Below are positions 24,361-38,748 of a stretch of DNA of 64,000 bases, in pieces (within the stretch, counting starts at the first letter, position 1; every line of letters begins with the position of its first letter). A program made the position numbers and the translations under genes. The DNA is from Lytechinus pictus (Eukaryota): contig NC_087251.1 of NCBI RefSeq assembly GCF_037042905.1, positions 10,356,001 to 10,420,000 of the forward strand, in the 5' to 3' direction. Under the pieces are notes generated by a model. The model saw only the letters and a list, made by a program, of their open reading frames with translations, was not told the DNA's origin and did no database searches.

Positions 24361-25965
24361 CTGTATCGGCCGCACAGAAACGCTGTAACAGCGTAACATT
24401 TCACTAACACTGTGCTAACAAAGGGCCCTGTTACAACCGGTAATCTCGCCGCAATGGCTATAATGCATTATTACATCTGAGATCAACGATTGACATCACA
24501 ATCTGTATAGCATTATCCATTAAAAAATCAGCTCCTAACAACATGGGTAGAATTACCGCACAGAAGGCACAGAAAGCTATTGTTAGGGGATTAGAGTTAG
24601 GCAAAATCTATAATTTGTGCATAGTGATCTAGATTTAACTTAGATTTAGTTATTATTTGCACATCCTACAAATTTTAAAAACTTGTCTAGGAAAGGGTAA
24701 AGGAATGTAATTCATTATCATATAGGCCTACAAAATTGAATTATTATTACATTTTAAACATGAAATGGCAGCAGGTAGTAAATATATATTTACTAATTTA
24801 ATTTTAAAATATATCGAATAAGCTTCAAAAAAGATTTAGAAAAATTAGCCTATCATGATATTACGATGGAGATTTTGTACAAAAAAAATGCAATCTCATT
24901 TTTCATCAGTTTCTTTTGTTTGAAAATGCTCTTCACAGACCTCACTCATCATGCTCATGATAGAGTATTTGCCAATGATGGTTATCATGCGATAAATTTC
25001 ATCAGCTATTGTTCTTCTTTCTAATGTAGGGTCCATTCATAAAAATGTCTTCAAACACCTAAAAGGTGAAAAGGATCATATATCTTGGCACTAATCAACA
25101 ACCCCCGCTATATACCTATTCCTAAAGGGGTACTCCAGGCTGAAGAAAATAATACGGTTTGAACAGTAAAGTGAGACAAACAAAACACTGACAAATTGAT
25201 AAAAATTGGAAATGAATACAAAAAATCATGGTATCTTAAAATTTTGCATTAGGCCCTATTTCGGTGAAATTTATATTCATGTCTTCAGGAATATGTAATG
25301 AGGGTCTGTTGTATCATACAAAATTAGGTTTATTTAAATTTTGTCCACACAGAATATTGCATACACACATTTATGACAATTACGAATTCATTTCAATAAA
25401 AACAGAAAAAGGGGAAAGAGCTAGAAGATATGGCATTATCGTTCCATTTATTGCATATTTGTAGCCACATGCTGCAGAGTAATATCAGTTGCAAAATGCA
25501 GTGTTTAATTTTTAATATTCAAGAATTTTGTTATTTTTATCAGATTTTGATGAAATTTTCAGCAATTTGCTTATCTAATTTTACTCAATTTATTCATATA
25601 TTGTTGGGCCCAGAATACCCCTTTAATTCGGTCAAGGTATATTTTAAGTTATTTTGGTATAAGAAAGGGAGACAAGTTTTAAAGAGAGAAATTATTCACT
25701 AACATCGTCACTATTGGTGCCCTTGGCACTGTTAGTGATTTGTATTAACATTAGCGCCACTGTTAGCTTCTGCTAAGCCTTTTATTGTTAGATTATTAGG
25801 AATTCGGCTAAGCTTCTGTGAGTTTATCGATATACTGGTAGGCCTACTTTTAGTGCTCTGTTAGTGGAAACAATGCGTCAAGGCAGTGGTCACCCGTGAA
25901 AGGTGTGACTGGCCCTAATGTTAGTGTTCTGTTACGCTAACAACGCTTCTGTGCGGTCGCCACTG
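24361..25965. mobile_element. Old non-autonomous DNA transposon with ~50-bp imperfect TIRs
   Basis: Left ctgtatcggccgcacagaaacgctgt...agcgtaaca...cactaaca versus reverse complement of right end cagtggcgaccgcacagaagcgttgttagcgtaacagaacactaaca. No TSD discernible. Confidence 0.7.
25126..25622. mobile_element. Kolobok-type MITE (second family) nested in 24361-25965
   Basis: ctaa|aggggtactc ... gaatacccct|ttaa. Subterminal sequence resembles the family A TIR (cagattttgatgaaattttcag). Confidence 0.7.
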
Positions 25966-26399
25966 AAGAATGAGAAATCATACTATTTTTTCATGCCTTG
26001 AAGCTTGTCTGATCGTTTCCGATACAAATGAAATATAACTCCTCATCACAAAGAGTAAAAAAGAAACAGCACTTCCTTTCAACTACTAGTATAACATCAT
26101 GCCATTTTCTTCCAGTCAGATTTTTTCAACATGCAAACCATATCCTCTTCTGCTTCCGGGCGATTTAGTTACCTCACTATAAAGACTGATTCAAACCCTT
26201 GGTAAAACAATGCTGATGTTCTGAGAATAACAATCAATAATAATGATTACTTTCTTAGTGTTGATTTTAAGTGTTATTTTCGAGCTTTCAAAAAGACTCT
26301 CAACAAATTCAGAAATTAAAGGGGGAGTGAACTGCATGCGGTCTCTCATTGACTGTGTGTTATAAGTACATAGTCTTAAAATATACACTTTTCAGATAT

Positions 26400-26899
26400 C
26401 TACTTATACTAAAGAGAAGGATTTTGATTACGTTTCAAGTTTTGTTTAAAGTTTTGAACCAAGTCTCATGCTTACGTCATTGTTTAATGCTCCATTCAGC
26501 TTTGCAAAGTGCCTTTTGTATCTTTATACTGTTTTTTTTTACCCAATTTCATTCAATTACCAACAATCCCACTCAACTGTGCCCGTGGATACGCTTTTGT
26601 TTTTCTTTGTCTCTCTTTCTTTCAGTCAGTTTAATATGGTTTTTCAAACTGCTTAATCAACTTCATACCGTCCCAATCAAACGTTTCCCTTTTTTTTTCT
26701 AGTTATCTTTGCAAGGTTGGATGGAGTCCGCCCTTTCTTGTGTATATTGATTAATTATATTTCACATATATATATTCTGTATTTTGTATACTGTTCTGTT
26801 AAATTTGTATGTGAATCTTTTTACTCTGTACAAACATTTACAATTCAGCCTTGGCTGCCAAGAATGTTTTGATGCCTAATAAAGACCATTATTATTATT
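26400..26899 (+). mobile_element. Probable 3' UTR remnant of a CR1/L2-group LINE
   Basis: T-rich tract ending ttcagccttggctgc...aataaagaccattattattatt. The 5' boundary is uncertain. Confidence 0.4.
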
Positions 26900-27800
26900 G
26901 ACCTATAATTGTATTTGTATAGAGAAACTAAAATGTTTTGAGAGGAAAAGTAACTGTTTTGCTACTTGGTAACATAATTATTGCAGTATAAATGTATTGA
27001 GTAGTTAATAAGCGTGTTATCATTCAAGTGGGTCTATATTACTAGACTACACTAGCATTATGGGTAAGGAAACTGACCAGGTATAAGTAGTTGAGAACTG
27101 ATGGCGCTATTGGTTCGTATCTGCTTTAAGATAAAACAAACCAGACAAAATCTTAGTTTGGTAGAGATCAGTATAAAATTGTGTGTTTTTTTTTAAAGAA
27201 AATCATTTTATTAAACTATGTACATAAATATAGAAATCAAATAAACATCAGTAAATTGAATTAAATCAAATTAAATTAACTATATATAAGCACTTAATAA
27301 ACAAAGGTATTTGAAATAAAATTATAATTATGCACCATGAGTACATGACAGAATAGAAAATCCCCTCACCCCAAAAAAAATTGTAAAAGGAGAAAAATTT
27401 CCTGAACATGAAATGCATTTGTGTAAAAAGCATTATACGAATGGGGAACAATGCAAATGCAATTAATCAAAATATTACATAAACCTGATATAACATTAAT
27501 GTGACATTGTGTAATCAATATAAAAAAGTAAAGGTCACTACTATTAATTTATCACATGATACCAGTAGTATTGATGAACGTAAATATTGTGTTTCCATAG
27601 ATTTCTCTTCAACTCATTAGAAATATTCCCTATATCCTTTTCACAAACGCTTTTCTTACTGGTCAAAGAGGTATCAGTTTGAAAGTACTCTGTGTGTGAC
27701 ATATGCTTGAAGTTTAAAAAGCATTTCTTGGAATGTCAACATAGCTGAAAGCCCACAGAGAGGCTACTATACATCAGAGGTCTTTATGACTGGGAATTTA

Positions 27801-28510
27801 CTGTTCTCGTTCTCATCTAGTTTCTTAAACTAGTTTAAGTGGAAACAAATAATGGAAACACCTCATGATGAAGCTTTCAAGACCGCTTTGCTTCTATTGA
27901 TAAACTGGTTTAGGCGTAGATGAGGACACAACTGTTCTTGGGGAAGCAATCTTTGCACGGAAGTATGAGAGTGAGAGTGTGTGCATGTTTGGTGCACTAC
28001 TAAGTTAACAACGTGTGTAGAATGCTACACTGCAGTTTGAAATTTCATGATATTTAATGTGGCCCACTGAGAGCATTTCTACAACAACAAGATCACTATA
28101 TGTAAAGTGGTTTTGGTAACCAATTCAGGAGATGGCAATGAGGATGCTAGTATATGGCTAGTGTGGAGCGTTGTGGCCCAGTGGATTAGTCTTCGGACTT
28201 TGAAACAGAGGGTCGTGTGTTCGAATCCCAGCCATGGCGTAATTTCCTTCAGCAAGAAACTGATCCACAATGTGCTGCACTCAGCCCAGGTGACGTAAAT
28301 GGGTACCGGTAGGAAGTAATTCCTTAAAAAGCTGTGTGCGCTATGAACGCCTAGCTTAGCCGGGTAATATAGGAGCGCCTTGAGCACCTAACAAGGTGGA
28401 TATGTGCGCAATATAAATACCCTATATTATTATTATTTATATCAATCTTCTAAACTGGTTTCCTAAATTGATTTAAAGGAAACCGATTCAAATAATTAGA
28501 TGAGAACAGG
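27801..28510. mobile_element. Degenerate MITE-like element enclosing the SINE
   Basis: Inverted ends ctgttctc...tctcatcta / tagatgagaacag and repeated aaact(a/g)gttt motifs at both ends. Confidence 0.45.
28165..28437 (+). mobile_element. tRNA-derived SINE, full length
   Basis: A-box TGGCCCAGTGG, B-box GTTCGAATCC, core ...caggtgacgtaaatgggtacc..., (TAT)n tail. Confidence 0.92.
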
Positions 28511-28942
28511 GTCTTAGTTTTCTACACCCAGCTACATTTATGACTCAAAGTAACAAGACCTACCAATAACTATAATATTTATGTAAGTAAGTACAATATC
28601 ACTGCACACAAAAATAGCTCAAAGTAATTCTCACAACAGAAACTATTCTTTTTTCTGGGGAAACCTGCAAAAACAGCCTTTGCTTTCCAAAATGTTCGAT
28701 TTCTATTTACCAATTCTTTATATATTGATTTGGTTTGTGAATTCATAGTTTTGTTCATTAATTTATTAATTAATTAATACTAATTTATCAATGAATCAAC
28801 TGCATACAAAATATAAAATGATTACATTTATCTAAAAAATTAGAAAAAAAATAATTACATAGAATTGAAAATAAAAATGAACAATACATAGACATTCACT
28901 AAAGAACCTTTGGTGATGTGTTCATGAGAGTATCTTGCTTTG

Positions 28943-29354
28943 CATGGCCCTGGGAAGTGGGCGTGCTGGGTGACTGCAAACAGTCCTTATAACAGGTCAG
29001 AACGTAAAAAATATCTGCTCGCGCTGATCGCGCTCACAGTAATTATTTGTTGCGTACGTATCTTGTTCAGGGTCACTGACAAACATTGCTCAAAATTTTC
29101 AATTTTCAGGACAAAATACATGAAATTTCAAAAAATTTTAGCACGTGCTCCGCACTCGCACTATTTTATATCTGAATTCTTTTACAAAAAATAAAGCTTA
29201 GAAGTGACTGTATATAATGTGTGTATGGGGGGGGGGTGCCCTTGCATGTGTGCGTATATAAAAGAACAATGAAAAACTCAATTGTGTCCCCCACCTTTTA
29301 GGAGAGATTTCAGCTGTCAGCACCCCATTAAAAAAAATCATTCCCAGAGCCCTG
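28943..29354. mobile_element. Degenerate MITE
   Basis: 14-bp imperfect TIR catggccctgggaa / ttcccagagccctg (12/14). No TSD. Confidence 0.5.
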
Positions 29355-32111
29355 TAAATTTTTTTTCCTACAGTGGCAAATACTAGAGTGATGATTCCCT
29401 ATCCTCCACAGAAAATATTTCCTTTCCCCCAGCTTTATTTGGTATGTAATTTGTATTTCTTGCTTTTTTTTGTTTTAAAGAGAGATAATCTTTGATAAAT
29501 ATGACACCAGTCTTTACCCTTTTTTCACCTTTAAGTTTTGGTAAAGAGTAAATGCTGCGAATCTGATATTGGACAATACTTGAACATGCCAGTCTTAGAA
29601 AGGTATATCCTATCAGTTGATTCTTTAAACTTGAAACAGTTCTATCAAGTTCTATCATGCTTGAGAACTGGTTTCGATACCAAAATGAAAACAAGATCAA
29701 ATTGTTAGGGACTCAAGTTTTAAAAGTTCGACATTTTAATAGTACATCTAACCTCTCATCTCAGATCACATCTCTCACAAAACATTACATAATCTTTTCA
29801 TCTGACAGTGAAATCAAACTTTGAAAAAAAGAATAATCTGTAGTTTCATCAAAACTGAATGATGGCTCTGAAAATGTATTCTACTGTTGTCTCTACACAG
29901 GGAATACACTTTATACAATTTTCATTAAATTATATTACGGAATTCTGACTATATTACTGCATCAGTAATCACAATTTCTGACATTCATCAAAATTTTAGC
30001 CAAATTGATTTAGATGAGGATTCTTTCAGTAATAATCTTCATGTTCTTAGAATGGCTGCCCAGGAAAGCTCTCCATCATAATAACCTACAATTTAAAGCA
30101 ATAGAAAGTCCCGGAATATAAACATCCTAGAAGAATTTATCTGTACTGTTGCAAAACGAGAGCCCGCTCCTGGTGGAATACACATGAACCACTTCGATAC
30201 TCACTTGAAATGTTGGAATAATCCATTTGACCTAGTAAAAACACAATGAATGAGCATTGATCTGACTAAATAGGGAACCATTTCAAATGATGGCATTTTG
30301 ACATGGAAGGACTTTTGATGGGTATATGGGGGATTGTAATATAGAAAGAACTGGTTTATTTCAAATGAGTGAGTGGCAATAAATTAGTAGATACACAATG
30401 GAACTACTTATTAAACATCCATGAAGACACTAATATTATGAAGGGTCATACATCATCATACTTTTGTGAGATAATGTAACAATATCATTAAATTGATATA
30501 TCAAAATCAATTAAAAGTCTATCCTCCTATTATAAAGGGTTGATCAAAATAAATTTTGTGTTGGTGAATATGACTTGTATCCAATCCAAAATATAAATGG
30601 CAAGGATTGGCCAATTGGATAGTCATTATTTCCAAATAACAATTTTTTGGGGCAGATTCTGACCACTGTTTTTGCCTACCCATTGTTTCGACCAATAATT
30701 TTTTACAATGTATCATATTTTGTCACTGATTATTAGCATGATTCTTCGACTGAAAGGTTACATAACATGAAAAGTAATTAAAATATCAATTTTGAATGAT
30801 TTTTGTTATGGGTGCTGAACCTGTTTACCCTATATTATCATAAATTTGAAGGGAATAAGAGGAAAGTTTTAACTTCAAACCATATCAGATTTGGAAAACA
30901 GGAAAATTCGAAAATTCGAAAGACAAAACAAGTTCTGTGTTTCAAATAACCTAAAAAGACAAATTTACTTTCTTTGTAGAGCAATTTGCCTATCATATGG
31001 AAAATCCTTAATATGGCACTAACTGCAGAGGAAAAAAAGCGTTTTTAATAAATCAAAGTCCTGACACGAGTAAACAGACAATATAATATGTTATTTTTCT
31101 ATAAATGGTGGCTAAAAAATAGAAATTTTGAGGCGGAATCTTGTTAATCTTATCAACACAAAATTCAAATATCTCAATAAAGAGTAAAAGAGAGCATTCG
31201 GACAATATTCTTTTTAATAGTAGCAGTGATTATGAAAAATGGTATTGCAGGTCAATTATTTGAGCTATTACTTTTTAAGGCCATCTCACAAGGTGCCATC
31301 TAATGATACAATTTCAATTATGTTTGTTTCCTACTTTGTACATATTTGTAATGTTTTTATATTATTGTGGAAATAAATGATTTGATACCAACTGATAAAT
31401 TAGCACATAAATTTATTTCTCTCTTAAGTTTATTTACAAAATCATCCATGGCAAGGAAAAAATGATGTTTTTGGCCATCTAACACCATCTTGCATTTGAC
31501 GAAATTTAGAAGAAAGACGGTATCATGAGTGTTTTTGTGTCTTAAAAGGCCTTTGGTATGTCTTTCATTAAAACCCATAACATTACAACAACGGAGATGA
31601 AGTAATCTTCCTAGTGAACTCCAAGGGATCAAATGTGATCAATCAATCTGGCCAAAAATATGTCATAATTTCCCCCGAAGTGAAATCTATCACTAGTCTA
31701 TGAAATATAAAAATGTCATATACCCACATTTTCAATGAACTTTAGCTGAATCTATCAGTGTTTATATCTATACTTCAAATATGAATATAATCTTCAAAAC
31801 GCTAAAGGTACTCAATTGAAAAGTCCATAGCTATATTTTTTCAACTGAGGTATTAAATTTGTTAAAAGTGTCAGTAGTGAGATTTAAATCTGTATCATTT
31901 AAAATGAAATTCAAATGCATTCTGTTCCAATGCTCACCATATTTCACCAGGTAAAAATCCTCTTAAAAAAAAAAACCCTTAAAAACATCAAACAAAATCT
32001 TGAATTGCCTACATCCCATGACCCCTGTAATATCACTCCTAACCTAAAGAAAAGCAACAAGAATCTTTGTTCTAGTATTCTAGTGATAACAATAATTTCA
32101 TGGAAAGTTCA

Positions 32112-33011
32112 TTATACAAATAGCGAAATAACAATGGTGCGAGATAACGCATGAAGTGAAAGATAGATGCTCTATTCAACGAGGCGTTAGCCAAGTTGAA
32201 TAGAGTATTTCACTGAATGCGAAATCTCGCACCATTGCACGAATAAAAATATTCAATATTTGTGTTGTACAACGCCTCGGAAGTTAGCAAAAATACAAAC
32301 AATAATTAAGTTTTTCCTCTGTTAATCTATGAAAATGAGAGAGAAAATGCGCATTTAGCCAGTAAACCCTAGGGTCCGTATTCTGAAGTCAGGTTTAACT
32401 TAGACTACGGTCTAACTCTACTAAAATTATGGGGAGCCAAAATTTCAAAAATTCTGTTTATTTTTCTTATGTTTACTATTTCATATTCTTTTGATTTCGT
32501 AATGAAAAAAAATCTTCAGTTATCATTTCCAGACAATTATGAACAATTTGAGTGTCAAATTAATTAATAAAGTGGATTTGTACTGTTAGGGATTTGTGCC
32601 CCATTGGCTCTCCATTGTTAAACCACAACTTAAAACCAGGGTTTAATTTAAACCCGAGTTCAGAATACGGACCAGTCTTTAAAATAATGGTTTGTGTGGA
32701 CTCACCATGCTTACTAGGTAAAAAATGACCTCATTTACATATCTTATTGCAAAAAAAAAACACGAAAACATAGGTTCGTTATATTCAAGAAATGTTCAAA
32801 TACAAAGTCACTGTTTTCATAGATATTTATTCAGATAATGAGTTTGCAATTACTAAGCGCATGCGATGCGTTGAATCTTTATTTTTTATTGTGACGTCAC
32901 CTTTTCTTGACCCGTGCAACGGTACATTTAGGATGGTAAGTCGTGTGCAACGGTACGAATGTTCAGCCTCCCATTTGCTCGCGTACAACAAGCTAAGTAG
33001 GCACTGTACAA
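32112..33011 (-). mobile_element. Crypton-like non-autonomous element (terminal hairpin plus internal complement of joined ends)
   Basis: Hairpin arms caatggtgcgagat (32132-32145)/atctcgcaccattg (32224-32237) and ctctattcaac/gttgaatagag. ttgtacaacgcct (32265-32277) pairs 11/13 with the far end (32999-33011). Confidence 0.65.
32373..32673. mobile_element. MITE nested in 32112-33011
   Basis: TIR ggtccgtattctgaagtcaggtttaa / ttaaacccgagttcagaatacggacc. Confidence 0.85.
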
Positions 33012-35499
33012 TTTAACTTATCACATTCATTCAGTTCATTATAAATCAACTTTTTTACAAAAAGGATTTGACCTGCGGCTTAAGATATATAACTGTGGTA
33101 TTAATTTAGTGATGTTATAATTTAAGAGTTTTGTGACCTCTTTTTAATTATGAAATTGGGTGAATCCTTAAAAAAGCATGCTCTGTTCTACTTCACGACA
33201 CAAACATCTTGAAATAATCCCGAGTCCTTCAATTTTCATGTTTTGCTACAACAAAGAAGCCAAACTGGCTAACTCCAAAGAGCCAATATCCTTTATTTTT
33301 ACCACACAAAAGAATCCCTACAAGAGAGTTAATAATTTTTTGCATCATCTTCATCCTCCTCCTCCTCCTCCTCATCCTTATCATCATCATGATCATCTAG
33401 AGGTGTTTATTGCAGCCACATAAAATAAATTGAACATAAAAAGGCACAGGAAGCATTTTTCTTTGCAGGGTGAGAAGGAAGCCTCTATTATTCACCCAAA
33501 CCTTAATTGGTTGCTAAAAGCTATCAAGTATGTCCCCTTTCTTGCCTTTCTCATGATAACAATGCAGCATGTTACTAGATAAACCTTACCCATTCCATTA
33601 TAGGTGTTTCTGTTAAATGCAGCTGTAGGAAGGTGAACCTATCGCACTTTGGGGATGATAGTATTTGTAAAGTGAGAGTACCTTTAGGCACATACCTCAA
33701 GGTTTGAGTGTCCATCCATTTATACCAGAAAACAATCTTCTCTCTATCATAAAAACATGTCAGGCAGTATCAGTACAAGGTATAAAAATGGTGGTTTTGC
33801 CTCTCTTTCTGTATGCCTTTAATGTTTTAGTTAAAAAGGAGGGTTGAACAAAATACTGGTTGCAAAAAATATGAAAACTAAAAGAAGATGAAGGATGAAA
33901 TATGGGTATCTGAAGCATTCCTAGTAAATAAATCATATATCTAACATCCTTTTTTGTCCTTCATTTGAAGCAAAATAACGATATTCCTGAAAGAAATATG
34001 ATTCAAGACTAAGTGACATGCAGCATTGATATGTGTTTATTATGAAATGGGATGAGAAAGGGAATACAAGACTGCATTTCTAATGGGATGGCTTTCATTA
34101 CCAAAAGTACATGGATGAACAACTTATCTACACAAAATTGCCTTAAACCACTGAACTGATTTTTCTAATGAGAAACATCATTAGAATAATATTTTGACTT
34201 GTAATAACCCATACTCCAACAAGCGCCCCCTCCAGGGCACACAATAAGCAAGAATATTAATATACAAGACGTCCCCAAGTCTGCCTGGGTGCCTAATTCC
34301 GCCCACCAAACAAACAAATGAACTGCATTGTATACGCAGGCTTATCAAATTAGGCTCAATTTTGCCAGGTGAAGTGGCAAGGATGGAAGGACGTAGATCT
34401 TCTCATCTCTTGTCATCGTTCTTGGGTTAACAAAGTGACGACAATGACGGTGCTTTGGCTCCAGGTTGTTCTCTTCAGCACCAGCTTTCCCCAGGTCTCT
34501 TTCTTCATTCAAGGAAAAGATTAATATGATTATGCTTTGAGCTCTACTTGATTGAAAGACATGGACAAAAATCAAATGAAATGATTATGTATCATCTGAC
34601 TTCTCATTATCTTGCCTCTATGTGCCCTGCTCTTTTCATTTGTGTTCTGTATCATCTGTTTGATGAAGCAAACTCTGGTTAATTCCATGACAATCATCTT
34701 TTGATTCTTAACTAGCCTTTGAATTTGTAAGATATAGTAAGAAAATGTCTTTCATTAGATGCTAGTCCCTACATCAATGATGAAGAAGAGAAGCTTTATA
34801 CAAACAGCTTTTAGACATCATTAGTACGCTCTTACTACAGGCAGGTTGGATGATCATTCAGAAAAGTGAATTATAGAAAATCTTTGATGACTCAGCTCGT
34901 TAATTTGATGTGACGACAACACTATGAAGGGGATATTTTTTATTTCAGTTAAAACAATTCAGTGTCAAAGTGTATTATGATACTACAATGTCAAAAGTTT
35001 ATGAATAGAAGGCCAAACTCAAATCAGTGATAGAATAAATTCAATACAAAAAATATATGACTTTGCAAATCAAGCGCTTTTTCTATGAGCAGATAAAAGT
35101 TTTAAAATGTCACGATTCTGTATAAAAGTGTTCTGGGAGTAATCCTAAAATGAGTTTGAAAAAACATCCAGAAAAAACTACAATGAAGAATTTATAAAAG
35201 AGGGAGTTCTCTTAGAATAACAATAGAACTGTTACATACCAATATGGTCTAATAAAAGTAGAACTGTTATGAAAGTGATAAACGGGTACAGACATAATAA
35301 AAAAACAAAGATTTTTTTACTAAGAATGATAGATTTAGTGATTGTGATGGGAGGAAAAAGAGATAAAATGGCAAAAACAGAGAGACATATTTTAAAAAAA
35401 GGAATGGCAGGCTAGAATATAAAATAGTTGAGGGGACATGATAGGGTCTCATGCTTGTACATACAGTTAGGTAAGAAATCAGAAGAGGAAGAGAGAATG

Positions 35500-35778
35500 A
35501 ATAATAATAATAATAATAGTTGGATTTATAAAGCGCTTTTTGCCAGAGGATACAAAGTGCTGCTATTATTACCCCGGCTTTAGCTCGAGCTACCATCACC
35601 GGCGCTCAGTGCATGTAAGGAATTACTCCTGTCGGGTACCCATTCACCTCACCTGGGTCGAGTGCAGCACAGTGTGGATAAATTTCTTGCTGAAGGAAAA
35701 TACGCCATGGCTACGATTCGAACACACGACCCTCTGTTTCAAAGGCGAGAGTCAGAACCACTAGACCACGACGCACCC
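35500..35778 (-). mobile_element. tRNA-derived SINE, full length
   Basis: Reverse complement shares the head (B-box GTTCGAATC) and core with 28165-28437. (TAT)n tail at 35500-35518. Confidence 0.92.
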
Positions 35779-38361
35779 ACTATATAGGAGTGAATGAGAG
35801 AGAAGGGGAAAGAGAGAAAGTAAGAGAGGAGGGGAAGGGAGAGAAAGATGGCAATAAATGGACAGAGATAGGAGGGGAAAGGGGAGGGGTACTCTATTAT
35901 CTATTATCATTGTATAATTTTTATTAATGGTTTTCTGCTGAAATTCTTAATATTACAAAAATCATCTCCAGTAGATATGAAAACATAATAATCAATGAAA
36001 ACATTCCCCAAGACAACTGTTCACAAATTAACAAGATGAGGTAAAACATAAATTACAGTCCGACATTCATTTTTACTTGAACAGCCTACATTAAGTTCTG
36101 TTATAGTGACATTTTGGACCGAAAATAAATGTCAGAGATCACAAAATTTTATTACTGTAATCGATGCCAATGTAGTGAGAAAAAAAATACCACAAATATT
36201 TGTAACATTCACAAATGGCAGCTGAGAAATGAGCTATCATGTGATTGTTCACTTCCTGTGTGTAAAGGGTGATGTAGTGATCGGAAAAACATCAAACTGA
36301 ATTTATTATCCTCCATTAATCAAATCAATGAAAACATGAAATGAAAGTCTTTGTTCTAATAATGGCTTATTTACATATCAATTAAAACTCTTTAAAACGT
36401 GGAACAGTAATCAAATACTTATCTTTGATAGTCTGATCATATGATTTGCTTTAAAAAAAATTCTTGAACACTTTGTCTTCTGGTAAATCTTTGAAGAAAG
36501 TTTCCTTTTTTGATTGCTTTACACATATCTCATCATTTTACATTAGAAATTCATTCACACTATACTACAAATGTACTCTAATATAGGATACTGTTTTTGG
36601 AAGTAAACATTTAAATATTCTGTTTACATTTGTATGGCAAATGTTTTATACAAGAAATTAAAACAAAGATATATATACAAGATTAACCAATTCATCAAGA
36701 TCCTTTTTTTTTCAGATCACATATGTATACTTGGGTCAATTACCTGACTGGATAAAGCAATTATTATTGTATGAGTCTAGTACAATGATTCAGCCTTGAG
36801 CCTTTTTGAATGTCATTCATGACACCAGCAGCCTCTTCCTCCAAACCTTTCTCTCATCAATCATCACCATGACGATGACTTAAACATCTGGCTATCAGGA
36901 TACTCATCAATGCTTCAAACTACTTTCTCAACAATTTTATTTCTCCTTTGCTTAATAATGTTGATTAAGAAAGAAAGAAAAAAGAATTTAGTGGACCAAG
37001 TAGGGATAATGATGAGCGAGGGGGAAAATATGCCCCCATTCAAGTGGGTGGGGTATATGAGTTTTGGAATGCTTTTCAGACACATTTCTTGATTTCAGCA
37101 GATCAGTAGCAAGGCAGGAGCTAAGCTAACATGTTAATGAATTGGTTTATCCTCCTTAAATCTTACTCTCAAGACAGTAAATATTTTATGCTACTTATAT
37201 CTCACTCTCAAGAAATAAATATTTCATCCCACTTAAGTTTTACTCTCAAGACAATACATCTTATATCCCAACTCATATTTCAATTTAGAAATTTCATTAT
37301 TAATAAATTGTAATCCATTTACTGCTTTTATTTTCTACATTTGTAATTTTCTTACTAATTAACTGTTATCATTATCAATCTTTTTAATTCATTCACTCTT
37401 GTGCTCTTCATTTTCATGAAATTTTTTTATGCATCTCAAAGCATCACTTATGCTGACACTGCAAGGACCCCGTGAGGTTAGGTAGAACTTCCTTGCATTG
37501 ATCACTTGCGTAAAACTGTTCCCATGGCATCAATTACATTAAACACTTATTTCATGCCAACGTCTAAACAGTTTTTTTTTTCCTCAAGTGGTGTTTAAGT
37601 ACAAAATATACAAAATATTTCTCTGGAAAATATTAGATTCCCACTTCAAATGTTTACTGCTCATGGCAAGGGGATTAAATCACTGTCATGGCCTTTTTCA
37701 CATATGAAATGATCATTCATTAAATCAAATTTATAACAAAAATCTTTTACAAGTCTGCCTTGAGGGGAATCTAAAAGTATTGCCCACTTGAAAGATTGTT
37801 CTTTTTTTCTCAAATATCAATCAAACAAGAAGGCTTATTTGATTACTTTACAAGTAATATAATATTTTGAGATTTTCATAATTTGAACGATGAGATGACA
37901 TTTTTTTAAAACCTTGAGAACAAGAAAACTGATATATTTGAATTGTTGAAAGACCCCCATCCCCCAGTGGTGTGATGAACCCCAAATATATTGAGGGGGT
38001 CATATTGTGGATGGAGCAAAAGATTTTAAAAGATGCAAATGAGCAAGCAAAAATGTTGACCTTTTAAATACAAAACACTAAATTTTAACATAATGTTAAA
38101 GAAATGATACACCTTTGAATGTTCATTATTTACTTGTGTTTTCATATATTTATACATTATCTGTGTATTCTTTTACATCGTATATTGTGAACATGCATGA
38201 ATAAATAAATAAATAAATAAATAATAAATATATTTTGCTGCTCCTTTCCCTCTTCTCCCCCTTGGGAGGCCATAGCCCCCAGCCCTCCTCCATATATACG
38301 CCAGATATATATATATCTCTCAAAATGAAAAATATAAAAGACTACCAGCAGTACCTTGTAA

Positions 38362-38748
38362 CCCTGCTGGAAAAAAATCAGTATCCTAAAGTGTGAAATA
38401 CAATGTGAAATCACTTCACAACTATGCAATTCGACAGTGTGAATTACACTTTCACACAGAACACTGTGGACACTCATACTGTTGAGGTGTCCAGTGTGTT
38501 TAATTTCACACTCTTGAATTTGAGCATGTATGTGAATCACATCTTCATGCAGTCTATGTGAACAGATTGAGAACACACTGTGAACACACTTAGAACACAC
38601 TGAAGTGTGAACAAATTGAGAAAACACTTTGAACACACTGTAAACACACTGTGAACACACTTTGAACACACTGAAGTGTGAACAAACTGTGAATGAATTG
38701 TGAACACATTGTTTGACACTGTGGGACACTGTGTTCTTTCCAGCAGAT
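38362..38748. mobile_element. EnSpm/CACTA-like non-autonomous element with ~11-bp subterminal repeats
   Basis: Ends ccctgctggaaa / tttccagcag, AA on both flanks. More than 10 copies of tgaacacact-like units at 38560-38730. Confidence 0.6.

Noticed and set aside
28165..28245. tRNA gene
   Set aside because: A and B boxes continue into a SINE core and (TAT)n tail, a related copy lies at 35500-35778, and there is no clean acceptor stem.
34345..34575. GC-richer 76-aa ORF as exon
   Set aside because: Splice boundaries are ambiguous on both strands and there is no homology cue.
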